Source of the DNA: an uncultured Patescibacteria group bacterium
Lineage (GTDB): Bacteria; Patescibacteriota; JACMRA01
Direction: 5' to 3'
Length of the DNA: 64,000 nt
NCBI GenBank assembly: GCA_938041505.1
Contig: CALITC010000006.1
Span: 7,389-71,388, forward strand
Position 1 is the stretch's first letter; each line of letters opens with the position of its first letter. Made by a program: the position numbers and the translations under genes. Shown piece by piece: positions 10,636-20,188 of the stretch. The notes below the pieces were generated by a model. It ran no database searches and had not been told where the DNA came from. It saw nothing but the letters and a program-made list of their open reading frames with translations.

Positions 10636-11073
10636 GAGGAATTAGAAATTGATAGAATTAATATTTTATCAACAAAAATATCCGTTTCTGTGACATTTGT
10701 TCCAAACAAAATGCCAAGAAACTGCCCAAATTAATCTAGAAACTAGGAACTGATATGTTATTATCGCGACCGCTTAACTTTACAAATTTAGCTGAAATCC
10801 AAACTAAAAAAATCGCTACTGGAATTCTTGCAAATCCTTGGTGTTAGCAAACTGAAATACGCTAATACACCTTTTAATCTCGCAAGAGATATTTGAAAAA
10901 ACGGAGGTATTCCTTCACACCCCCACTCAGCTTTGCTTTGTGGGGATATTACTTATTTAAGAATTTTTTGCAAAAGAAAATACCTCGGTTAACGTGCGCG
11001 AGGTAGAATTGCTTTACCTTCGAACTTGGATAGATACGAAAACTAAAACAATTTTTAGAGGAGAATTCAACTC
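10636..11073 (+). ncRNA. putative large ornate structured RNA (~440 nt), family unknown
   Basis: 5'/3' closing stem, two further long-range stems, about 10 local hairpins, two GCAA tetraloops, repeated CTG(A/G)AAT loop motifs, own promoter. Confidence 0.6.
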
Positions 11074-11197
11074 ACAACCTATTTAATAAATTTTTTAAGA
11101 GTAATTTATTTAATAGAATTTATAAGAAGAATCTTATTATTATAGAGTCATTTTTGTTTGATTGTCAAGCTAACCTTTATAACTAAAAAAAATACCC

Positions 11198-11226
11198 TTT
11201 ACAAAATACCCCCAGGGGTATATACT
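11198..11226 (+). promoter_or_regulatory. promoter overlapped by a CsoR/RcnR-family-like operator
   Basis: TTTACA-17-TATACT with pseudo-palindrome ATACCCCCAGGGGTAT (11206-11221) in the spacer. Confidence 0.55.
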
Positions 11227-11235
11227 GTACTACAT

Positions 11236-11931
11236 ATGGACTTCCTTCGCAAATATAAAAGTTACATTATTTTAGCACTCATCTTAGCCGGTGTATTTAC
11301 CGCTTACCAAGCAGGTCTCAAAGACATCTTGACCCTCGAAAACCTCAAAGACAATCAGGAGAGTTTATCCAATATTCGAGACGACAATTACCTATTGTTT
11401 GTATTAGGATATATCCTGATCTATATCGTTAGTGTTGCCTTCTCCCTCCCAGGAGCCACTATCCTCACTCTAGCAGGAGGGTTATTATTTGGGCTTGTTG
11501 GAACTATATTTGTAATCATCGGGGCTACAATTGGGGCCACTCTAACCTCTATTCTGACAAGATCACTGTTTCGCACCTCTCTAGAGAAAAAATTCTCAAA
11601 GCAACTCACTCAATTCAATGAAAAACTCCAAGCCAACGAAACTGGATATTTACTCACACTTAGATTACTGCCAATATTCCCATTTTTCTTGATTAATATC
11701 TTAGCAGGGCTATCTAGAACTAAGCTTACAACTTTTGCTTGGACTACAGCACTCGGGATTATCCCAGGGACATTTGCCTACATCAATGCAGGAACACAAT
11801 TATCAAGCATAGAGAAAACCAGTGACATCCTCTCCCCTGGCCTCATTGGCGCCTTCGTATTACTAGCCGTCATCAGCCTAGCACCAGGGTACATCAAGAA
11901 ATTCTTAGATAAACGCCAAAAATCCGCCTAA
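11236..11931 (+). CDS. TVP38/TMEM64 (DedA/VTT) family membrane protein
   Basis: SLPGATILTLAGG.LFG, LRLLPIFPFFLIN, T.LGIIPGT. Confidence 0.9.
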   Translation: MDFLRKYKSYIILALILAGVFTAYQAGLKDILTLENLKDNQESLSNIRDDNYLLFVLGYILIYIVSVAFSLPGATILTLAGGLLFGLVGTIFVIIGATIGATLTSILTRSLFRTSLEKKFSKQLTQFNEKLQANETGYLLTLRLLPIFPFFLINILAGLSRTKLTTFAWTTALGIIPGTFAYINAGTQLSSIEKTSDILSPGLIGAFVLLAVISLAPGYIKKFLDKRQKSA

Positions 11932-11987
11932 AAAAATACCGCTCATACATGATAAGCAGTATTATTGCAGTTGAGAAATATCGCAAT

Positions 11988-12473
11988 TTATCCATAAAAG
12001 TTCTTTGCGAAATCTTGAATCAAAGATAAGTCATTAATTGGCTTACAACTTATCATTCTACTACGATCTGCAAAGATATCAATAACCTCAGCATCCTGTG
12101 AAGAAATTGAGTTAAATTCAGTCGTAGAGAATCTTGACAAGGCATCAATCAACCCGTCTTTATTGTTTGGCAAAACAAATTGCCCACCTATAGATCTCGT
12201 ATTCAACCACATAACAATACGGCGTAGTACCTTTTGGGAATCAAAGTACGATTGATTCTTATTATCAAAACCAAGAGTAAGATTAAGGCAAGTCTCACTA
12301 TACAATTTTAAATGGTTAAGATAGCATATTAACCCTCGAAAAATCGTCTTTTGAGGCTCAACATCATCAAACATAAGATGGCAATATTGAATTTCATTTT
12401 CGGTTTCGAATTTCAATATTGATAGCTTTGAACCTTCTTCTATAGTAACAGTATAAGTTAAGTCTAATATCAT
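11988..12473 (-). CDS. hypothetical protein
   Basis: 161-aa ORF with upstream TTGACA-17-TATACT. Confidence 0.55.
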   Translation of the reverse strand: MILDLTYTVTIEEGSKLSILKFETENEIQYCHLMFDDVEPQKTIFRGLICYLNHLKLYSETCLNLTLGFDNKNQSYFDSQKVLRRIVMWLNTRSIGGQFVLPNNKDGLIDALSRFSTTEFNSISSQDAEVIDIFADRSRMISCKPINDLSLIQDFAKNFYG

Positions 12474-12543
12474 TTATAAAACATTTCATATAGACAACTT
12501 ATATAGTATAACACATATTAAATATATTGTCAATAGTAATTTT

Positions 12544-13044
12544 CTAGAGAACTGCATTCGTAAACTGTACTCCAAAAGCTTTACACCAGATCACCACCGC
12601 ATAGTCATGTTTTGCAAATTCGGCAGCTGTCACTTCGAACGCTTGTTTACCTTCGAATTGATTCAACGGACCTAATTCCAAAAATGTATCTTCATTTGTG
12701 TCCACACCCCCAATTGAGCCACCCAGCTCCTGCTCGCTAACAAGCCACACAAACAAGTCCGGCCCACTATCAACTCGAAAATCATCTTGCAACTCCACAA
12801 TAACATTATCCCCGTCTTTGAAGACTGCCACCTCTCCATCGCCGCTATGAAGCCTATCAAGTTCCACAAAACTACCCCTTGTGATTTCAAGAAGGGTGCT
12901 CGTACTTTGAGTTAATTCAACCTGTCTTGTCTCAGCAGAATTACGCTCTTGCTTCGCAGTATTAAGAGTGCCAAAATACCACCAACTCCCTAAAAGAGCA
13001 ATAATTACGAGCCCAACCAAACCGTACAATACTTTTTTTGACAT
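12544..13044 (-). CDS. DM13 domain membrane-anchored protein
   Basis: GPDLFVWL...VVIWCKAFGV.F; N-terminal TM helix. Confidence 0.85.
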   Translation of the reverse strand: MSKKVLYGLVGLVIIALLGSWWYFGTLNTAKQERNSAETRQVELTQSTSTLLEITRGSFVELDRLHSGDGEVAVFKDGDNVIVELQDDFRVDSGPDLFVWLVSEQELGGSIGGVDTNEDTFLELGPLNQFEGKQAFEVTAAEFAKHDYAVVIWCKAFGVQFTNAVL

Positions 13045-13126
13045 ATGATTATATTCTATGCATCAAAATCATTTCTAGCAACAAAAAAGTGTAGTCGTAT
13101 CACAACCACACTTATAAATCATGTTT

Positions 13127-14068
13127 TTAAGATAGAATTGTACAACATTGCTGTAACAAATCCATCATCGACTTTCTTTTGAAGTTACGCAGGTCTTCTG
13201 AGTCACCATCCAAGGTATTCATACGAAGGTCATCCCAACCAAAAATCCCAATCATTCTAAAATAGACCAGTGCTGCCCGCCGCTTTTTGTCATACTTTTT
13301 AAGTTCATCGCAGACTCTCTTATTATTACAAGGGTAATCTCCAGCGAGGATAGTTTTGAGAGCGTCTCTTGCAGCCTCCACGTCCTCAATAGTATTTCCT
13401 TTTACTAATCTCCAATCCTCACCACGCACCAAGTCGTAGAGTAGGCCACCTGGGCGAGTTTTCAGATCTAGTTTTGTGAGATACAACACGCCATTATCTC
13501 CATACCGTATATATCTCGGAATAATATTCCCATGACAAATGTTATTACTACCGGCTATCTCAAAAAGAATATTTTTAACCTCATCGAGATTACGCAGCTC
13601 ATTTGGATAGAGATTGAGCAAACTCTCCGACCAAGAAGTTAGAGACTTCTCAATCCATTGCTGACAAGCCTCTGCAGGAGATTCTGCATAGAGAATACCA
13701 GCAACCTCAGTCTCTGCAATCAAAAAATCCAAAAATTCGTGATAGTCACAAATAAAATCAAGAATCTTACTCTTTAACTCTGAAAAATTATTTTTAGTCG
13801 AGTGTGGTAAATACTTAGTCAAAAGCAAACCTTCTTGATTTAGCTCAACTCTCGAAAAATCAGATTTGATATGAGCTGAAAATTCTTCTATATGTTGGTA
13901 CAAGATCGCTTCCAGTTTAGTAAAATTGTCATACTTACAAAAGAATTCGTGCCCATCAGGATCGATTATTTTAGTAATATGCTTATAATCCCGAATGCTC
14001 TCGATTTTATATCCTTGTGGAAATCGAGCAGAAAGAGAATTAATTATCGTCGAAGGAAGAGTAACCAT
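13127..14068 (-). CDS. hypothetical protein, possible APH/choline-kinase-like fold
   Basis: FFCK, LLLTKYLP and CHGN.IP motifs resemble a phosphotransferase core but are degenerate. Confidence 0.55.
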   Translation of the reverse strand: MVTLPSTIINSLSARFPQGYKIESIRDYKHITKIIDPDGHEFFCKYDNFTKLEAILYQHIEEFSAHIKSDFSRVELNQEGLLLTKYLPHSTKNNFSELKSKILDFICDYHEFLDFLIAETEVAGILYAESPAEACQQWIEKSLTSWSESLLNLYPNELRNLDEVKNILFEIAGSNNICHGNIIPRYIRYGDNGVLYLTKLDLKTRPGGLLYDLVRGEDWRLVKGNTIEDVEAARDALKTILAGDYPCNNKRVCDELKKYDKKRRAALVYFRMIGIFGWDDLRMNTLDGDSEDLRNFKRKSMMDLLQQCCTILS

Positions 14069-14187
14069 AGCTATTCTATATAATACAACTCTTAAAACAT
14101 ATCAGAATAGCACACTAATGTCAAAAAAATAGCAGCTCAAGAGAATCAAGCTGCATATAACACGAATTCGATACTAATCAACAATGG

Positions 14188-14991
14188 TTACGGTATATTT
14201 GGTATTTCTTTGAGATCTGAAACCAGATCAAGCTTAGAGAGTATCCATATCAAATACCAAGTAAAATCAATCTCATGAAGTCTAAGACCGTGCCGAGGAC
14301 TGCTCTGGTGAGCATGATGGTTATTATGCCACCCTTCACCAAAAGCTAAAGCTGCTACCAACCAGTTGTTACAGCTATTATCGTCAGTCTGAAAGGTTCG
14401 ATAACCCCACATATGGGTTGCAGAATTTACTAGCCAAGTAATGTGATACACGACCACAACTCTTGCAAACAAACCCCAACACACCATGCTCCAACCACCG
14501 ATAGCCAAGAAAATCAATCCCAGAACAACCTGCATGAGAATATAGATATAGTCATTAGATAAAAACGCAAGCAGTTTATCTTTTTTCAAATTAGCAATAA
14601 CTCTTTTTTCTAGATCCAGAAGATCAAACTTTTTGAAAAGCCAGCCCATATGAGACCACCAAAAACCCAAATTACTATTATGCATATCAGAATCTTGATC
14701 GGAGTATTGGTGATGCCTTTTATGCCCAGACACCCAAGCGGTAACAGGTCCTTGAATTGCCAGAGAACCACCTATGAGAGCAATAGTGCGCACAGTTGGG
14801 TGAGCTTCGAAGGCTTTGTGAGTCTCCATCCGGTGATAACCAAAGGTAATCCCAAGTATTGTATAAACACAGAAGAAGGCAAATACAACTAGATTCAACC
14901 AAGAAAAATTCCTTGGAAGAAGCACCGGCAAGCTAAACACGTGCAACAGTAAGATCGCAATAAGCGTGCCCCACTTAACATTATCAAACAT
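14188..14991 (-). CDS. desC: delta-9 acyl-lipid/acyl-CoA desaturase (DesC/Ole1-like)
   Basis: His boxes GYHRMETH, HKRHHQYSD, GEGWHNNHHA; GFWWSHMGW. Confidence 0.9.
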   Translation of the reverse strand: MFDNVKWGTLIAILLLHVFSLPVLLPRNFSWLNLVVFAFFCVYTILGITFGYHRMETHKAFEAHPTVRTIALIGGSLAIQGPVTAWVSGHKRHHQYSDQDSDMHNSNLGFWWSHMGWLFKKFDLLDLEKRVIANLKKDKLLAFLSNDYIYILMQVVLGLIFLAIGGWSMVCWGLFARVVVVYHITWLVNSATHMWGYRTFQTDDNSCNNWLVAALAFGEGWHNNHHAHQSSPRHGLRLHEIDFTWYLIWILSKLDLVSDLKEIPNIP

Positions 14992-15116
14992 TTTATTATT
15001 CTATTGTAAGAGTATTATAATTTTAGGCGAATAGAACTAGGAAGTCAAAAAGAAAATAATTGACATATTGTAATTATCGTGTTCTAATTTGCCAGTCTTA
15101 TACTACAGTAAAATAA

Positions 15117-15605
15117 ATGGGTTTAAAGAACACGATATGTGCTTTGCTATTGTCATTGGTGATGACACCCCTCACACCTACTCCAGTGAAAGCACAGTCA
15201 GTGCATATAGCTATATGCAAAGGAGTATACAAAACCTTCCAATTAGAAGATCTACCCCCAGTCTACAATAGAAAAGATTATTTGGATCTTTCGTATTTAA
15301 TAACTGATGTGGACTTAGAAAACTCGAAAGCCATAGTCTTTATCAAAGCCGAAAGTAAAGTTTATTTATTGGGCTACAGTGAGACTATAAATACAATAGA
15401 AACCAACCCCAACAAAGCATTTTTTGAGTATATATTACCGATCGAGGAATATGTTGGAGGCTTACAAATAGGTGGCCATAATGATCCAGATTATAGTAAG
15501 TGCTTCCCTCAAGAAAAGTATTTTCTCAATATTAAAGCGGGAGAATTTACCAAAAAAATTACAATTATTCTAATGAATAACAATCATAGCTACTTCAAAC
15601 AATAA
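15117..15605 (+). CDS. hypothetical exported protein
   Basis: Signal-peptide-like N-terminus; TTGACA at about 15060. Confidence 0.6.
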   Translation: MGLKNTICALLLSLVMTPLTPTPVKAQSVHIAICKGVYKTFQLEDLPPVYNRKDYLDLSYLITDVDLENSKAIVFIKAESKVYLLGYSETINTIETNPNKAFFEYILPIEEYVGGLQIGGHNDPDYSKCFPQEKYFLNIKAGEFTKKITIILMNNNHSYFKQ

Positions 15606-15761
15606 GAATCTCAAAATAAAATTGTAAGAGCAATTAACAAGCACGAAAACAAAACGTGCTTTTTTATTTTCTAAAAAATAAAGCAATGCTTGCCCATCAG
15701 CAAAACTGAAACGAAATAAAAAGATCTCAGCACTTACTAGTGGAGATCATAATTTGGCACC

Positions 15762-16160
15762 CTAACTATAACTCGCAATATTAGTTATATTTTTGGAAGC
15801 AAACTTCTGCCAACCAAACTCAGGATTAGCTTGATAAACAGAGCCGTTATGCCCAACAATTAGTTGCGATCCTTCAGTTCTAGATTCTTCACTAATGCGT
15901 TCAGTGAGTGAAGTTAAGAACTTAATTTGATTTTGAAAAACATTATTTAGATCAACAACCACTCTTTCACCCTCTTTATTTCGTGCTGAAATATTTAGCC
16001 GAACGTCTATAACCAAAGATCCATCACCCTTAAGCGCTGTCTGTATAATCGTAATTGGGTACTTGGATTGCCTGTTTAAAACAAGTACTTGATTATTATT
16101 GTGAGAAACTCCTGTTAAAAAAATCAAAGCTAAATAAATATCTGCTACTAAGCCACCCAC
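15762..16160 (-). CDS. hypothetical protein
   Basis: 132-aa ORF with AGGTGG RBS and upstream TTGACA. Confidence 0.5.
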   Translation of the reverse strand: MGGLVADIYLALIFLTGVSHNNNQVLVLNRQSKYPITIIQTALKGDGSLVIDVRLNISARNKEGERVVVDLNNVFQNQIKFLTSLTERISEESRTEGSQLIVGHNGSVYQANPEFGWQKFASKNITNIASYS

Positions 16161-16428
16161 GTTACCACCTATATATTCTAGAACTTACACTATATAAGAA
16201 ACATAGAAAACTCATAATGTCAAAATAATATAAGAATCGGTCTAGTAATTATTCCATAGATCTATCTATACTCATTCTACACAAGAATAGCGTAATATTC
16301 TGTAATGTCCTTTTTATCTGTTTTTTTTGGATACTAACCCTCTACTATCACTATAGTAGGCTAATTGAATCGAGACAACAGAAAAACCCCTTTCGGGGTC
16401 AAGCTTTTAGAACAATGTTTCAACTAGA

Positions 16429-17613
16429 TTATTTTACGATCTTAGTCACAACACCAGCTCCAATTGTGCGTCCACCTTCGCGAACCGCAAACTTCATTCC
16501 ATCTTCCATTGCGATAGGCTTCTCAAGAACAACTTTGATGTTAATATCAGAGTCTCCAGGAAGAGCCATTTGCTTTCCAGCATCAGCAAATTGTACGGTT
16601 CCAGTTACATCAGTAGTACGAATGTAGAACTGAGGCTTGTAACCTGGAAGTACTGGAGTGTGACGTCCACCTTCTTCCTTGGTTAGTACGTATAGAGTTG
16701 CTTCAAACTCAGTGTGAGGTTTGATTGATCCTGGTTTTGCAAGGACTTGTCCACGCTCAACTTGATCTTTGTTGATACCACGGATAAGAACACCTGCGTT
16801 ATCTCCAGCCATACCCTTGTCGAGCTGCTTGTTGAACATTTCAATTCCAGTAACAACAGTAGTCTGAGTGTCAGTAAGACCAACAATCTCTACTTCGTCA
16901 TTAAGATTAAGAGTTCCACGCTCGATACGACCAGTAGTTACTGTTCCACGACCTGTGATTGTGAATACATCTTCAATCGCCATCAAGAAAGGCTTATCTG
17001 CTTCGCGAACTGGGTCTTCGATGTAAGTGTCTAGAGTGTTAAGAAGCTCATCAATCTTTGCAGAATAATCAGCATCACCTTCTAGAGCCTTCAATGCTGA
17101 ACCATGTACGATTGGAGTAGATGCTCCATCAAAACCGTACTTAGTAAGCAAATCTTTGATCTCCTCTTCAACTAGCATCAACATTTCTTCGTCATCTACC
17201 ATGTCGCACTTGTTCAAAAATACAACAATCTTTGGTACTCCAACTTGGCGAGCTAACAAAATGTGCTCACGAGTCTGAGGCATAGGACCATCAGTGGCTG
17301 CTACTACTAAGATTGCAGCATCCATCTGGGCAGCACCGGTAATCATGTTCTTAACGTAATCAGCGTGACCTGGGCAGTCAACGTGAGCGTAGTGTCGCCC
17401 AGCAGTCTCATACTCAACGTGCGCTGTGTTAATAGTGATTCCACGAGCCTTTTCCTCAGGAGCTGAATCAATATCTTCAAACTTTCTTTCTTTTGCATTT
17501 CCAGACTTTGCACTGTGATCAACGATCGCAGCAGTCAAGGTCGTCTTACCATGGTCAACGTGTCCGATGGTACCAATATTCATGTGTACTTTACTTCTAT
17601 CAAAATCAGCCAT
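16429..17613 (-). CDS. tuf: elongation factor Tu
   Basis: [28 protein letters not shown]; full-length 394 aa. Confidence 0.99.
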   Translation of the reverse strand: MADFDRSKVHMNIGTIGHVDHGKTTLTAAIVDHSAKSGNAKERKFEDIDSAPEEKARGITINTAHVEYETAGRHYAHVDCPGHADYVKNMITGAAQMDAAILVVAATDGPMPQTREHILLARQVGVPKIVVFLNKCDMVDDEEMLMLVEEEIKDLLTKYGFDGASTPIVHGSALKALEGDADYSAKIDELLNTLDTYIEDPVREADKPFLMAIEDVFTITGRGTVTTGRIERGTLNLNDEVEIVGLTDTQTTVVTGIEMFNKQLDKGMAGDNAGVLIRGINKDQVERGQVLAKPGSIKPHTEFEATLYVLTKEEGGRHTPVLPGYKPQFYIRTTDVTGTVQFADAGKQMALPGDSDINIKVVLEKPIAMEDGMKFAVREGGRTIGAGVVTKIVK

Positions 17614-17713
17614 ATATATAATTATTTACAATATTTTTAACTACTCTAGTAAAAATCAAAAAGGAGATTATGTCAAATAAACCTAGAAAAGTACTACTAG
17701 ATGTAGTAACAAC

Positions 17714-17746
17714 AAAAAAAACTTCACTTACTCGTAAGTGAAGTTT
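17714..17746 (-). terminator. intrinsic terminator
   Basis: Perfect inverted repeat AAACTTCACTTAC/GTAAGTGAAGTTT with adjacent A-run. Confidence 0.7.
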
Positions 17747-17790
17747 GATAGGAAAAGACAATGCTTACTTTGCAAGCAGGTATTAAAGTA

Positions 17791-18246
17791 TTATATACTA
17801 ATTATGGAATAGTAATCTTTAAGAGCTTTACTAATTGCTATGGTTTCTTGTAAAAAAATACCAAAGTCATCTCCATAATAAGCTTTAGCATACTCTTCCA
17901 CATTAGTGACAAGTAAAGCACGTGCCTCTTGGAAATAAGTAGAACACTCATAACAAATTAGAGTGCGCTCTAATGACTTATTTTCATAAAGAGAGTCCAG
18001 GTCAAGCAGGTCTTTTACCAAAATCCCGATGGCCATGATAAGCAGTAAGATTGCTTTATCTTTTTTGGTACAAGTATTCTTAGAGATAACTTTATAATCG
18101 TATTCCAGAAATTCATCCAACGAAACGATTAATCTAGTTATACACACTTGAAACCGTTGCCTCTTTTGAAGGGTAATAACCCTGCTTTCTTTCTTTGAGA
18201 AAGGTAACTCTGCAAGAACAGAATCAATTAATCCTTTTGGTCTCAT
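17791..18246 (-). CDS. hypothetical protein
   Basis: 151-aa ORF with upstream TTGACA and downstream terminator. Confidence 0.55.
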   Translation of the reverse strand: MRPKGLIDSVLAELPFSKKESRVITLQKRQRFQVCITRLIVSLDEFLEYDYKVISKNTCTKKDKAILLLIMAIGILVKDLLDLDSLYENKSLERTLICYECSTYFQEARALLVTNVEEYAKAYYGDDFGIFLQETIAISKALKDYYSIISI

Positions 18247-18357
18247 TGCGCTTTATATAGAACCTCAACAATTTAGTTTGATTATAAATCAAAAGTATGT
18301 TATTGTCAATAATATTGACAGCAATTATTAATACACCCATTTAAGTAGTATTAATCT

Positions 18358-18669
18358 ATGAAAAAAATTGGAAGTATTCTCACCTCACGGCCTCAGAACA
18401 AAACCTTGCAAACAATCTACTTCCAGCACTTGTGCAACAAGGCTTTTATAGAATCCCTTGCAGAGCTACATTTACCCTCCGATATGCTAGAGATATTACC
18501 TAAACAAAAAGATACTCAAATTACTATTCATCTTCAATCTACGAACAAGCTGCTCCTGACCCACCTTCGAACCAATGCTATGGAACTCCAAGAGATGACT
18601 TTGACTAAAGTTCAAGAAATTGTTTCCACCAAAATCAAAAACGTCGAACTTAAGTTTCGTATCGTATAA
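18358..18669 (+). CDS. DciA/DUF721-like protein
   Basis: About 100 aa; MKKIGSIL start and ELKFRIV end fit the family's size and pattern. Confidence 0.5.
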   Translation: MKKIGSILTSRPQNKTLQTIYFQHLCNKAFIESLAELHLPSDMLEILPKQKDTQITIHLQSTNKLLLTHLRTNAMELQEMTLTKVQEIVSTKIKNVELKFRIV

Positions 18670-18679
18670 CCACCTTCCC

Positions 18680-19477
18680 ATGTTCACTAAACACAATATC
18701 AATCAACTAACGTTAGCTACTTCAATCCTTAGCTTCATCACTGCCTTCGTAATCGCTGGCCAGGTAACATCTTGGGAAGTTCGTATAGTATGCTTTGCAC
18801 TTGTGGTGATCTCACTTCATTATGTACTCAATTTAGTTCACATTGGCACCCATAATCTACTCTCAAAAAACCGACGAATCAATTCCATCTTAAGTAATGT
18901 GGCAGCGTTTTTTGGTGGTATAACCTTTGCTGCTTTCCGTACAACTCACCTTCTTCATCACAGATTTACCTCCGAAGAGGATAAAGATCCAGACTTATAT
19001 ATTACCAAAAGCGGCCCAATCTGGAGTATACCATTCAAAATACTCTATCACGACGTCTTTTTTTGGAGGCAAGGATTATGGAAACAAAACAGTGGTTGGC
19101 AAAGTTACTTAATAACAAGAATTTTACAAATTACACTAATTAGCACTTTATTCTTCTCTTCATATAGACTGATTTGGGTCTATTATTGGCTTGTTCCGAT
19201 GCTGATACTTGGCCTTCTCAACGGAATGTTTTTGTTTTATTTCCCTCACTATTCTACCAAGTTAGAACGCAAATGGAGAGCCAAACCAACTCCATATAAT
19301 TATATCCCCAGAACCTTGATTGATATTTCAAGAATCTACCACGAAAGACACCATGACAAAATCAACAACAACCAAAACTATTACCCAATAATTGCAAGCT
19401 TGAACCACTTCATAATTAACAAGAATTTCAACTACTCCCTCCATCTGAAATACACCGATATTTCAAAAAATAGTTAA
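18680..19477 (+). CDS. fatty acid desaturase family protein, beta-carotene hydroxylase CrtR-like
   Basis: His boxes HIGTH, HLLHH, HERHH; DPD.YI..SGPIW....LYH..FFW and YW.VP...LG...G.F..YFPH segments resemble CrtR. Confidence 0.75.
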   Translation: MFTKHNINQLTLATSILSFITAFVIAGQVTSWEVRIVCFALVVISLHYVLNLVHIGTHNLLSKNRRINSILSNVAAFFGGITFAAFRTTHLLHHRFTSEEDKDPDLYITKSGPIWSIPFKILYHDVFFWRQGLWKQNSGWQSYLITRILQITLISTLFFSSYRLIWVYYWLVPMLILGLLNGMFLFYFPHYSTKLERKWRAKPTPYNYIPRTLIDISRIYHERHHDKINNNQNYYPIIASLNHFIINKNFNYSLHLKYTDISKNS

Positions 19478-19620
19478 CAACCTCTCCTCTCTCGAGAGTA
19501 TTTTTTTTGATAAAATAAGTATTTTATAGCTAGCAATGTCCAAAATAATACTATAAAAATATTTGACAACGCAGCTGTTTGTGTTTACGATAAGCGTATT
19601 ATGGAAGGAGGTGGTATGAC

Positions 19621-19926
19621 GTGAAAAAAGACAAAATCAATCGTACAGAAATCATCGAAAACTTGGCAGTCAAGTTAGGTATTTCTAAAGTACAGGCAGA
19701 ACGGTTCTTATTAACTTTTGTAGATCTTGTAGCAGAAAACCTTAAGAAAGGAAAAGAAGTAAATGTAACCGGGTTTGGTAACTTCCGAGTGGTCAAACGC
19801 AAACCTCGAATGGGTGTAAATCCTAAAACTGGTGCGCGAATGCAAATCGGACAATCCACCAGTGTAGCTTACAGAGTTGGTAAAACTTTGAAAGAAGATG
19901 TACGCGAATATATTGACAAGAAGTAA
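19621..19926 (+). CDS. hup: HU family DNA-binding protein
   Basis: GFGNF..VKRKPRMGVNPKTG; GGAGG RBS; TTGACA promoter. Confidence 0.95.
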   Translation: MKKDKINRTEIIENLAVKLGISKVQAERFLLTFVDLVAENLKKGKEVNVTGFGNFRVVKRKPRMGVNPKTGARMQIGQSTSVAYRVGKTLKEDVREYIDKK

Positions 19927-20037
19927 TTACAAGCATTTTTATTTTTGAGGAATAAGAGACTTATATGAAATAATAAACACGCCCATAAGGGCGCTTGTGC
20001 TGTTACAAAAAACTAAAAGTTAGAAAAATTCTTATTA

Positions 20038-20114
20038 TGGTGGTCCCCGCGGGAGTCGAACCCACAACCTCTTCCTTAGGACGGAATTGCTCTATCCAAT
20101 TGAGCTAGGGAACC
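20038..20114 (-). tRNA. tRNA-Arg(CCT)
   Basis: Cloverleaf GGTTCCC...GGGGACC-A-CCA; anticodon loop GT-CCT-AA. Confidence 0.9.
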
Positions 20115-20188
20115 AAGTCTAAACACTCCTTATAAGCTAGGATCTTTTCGCAAGATAGTCAATAGCTACCCTTTACAACTACAGAATA

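Noticed and set aside
10990-11030. Group II intron 5' end (GTGCG)
   Set aside because: No domain V/VI and no reverse transcriptase ORF; the segment is explained by pairing within the larger structure
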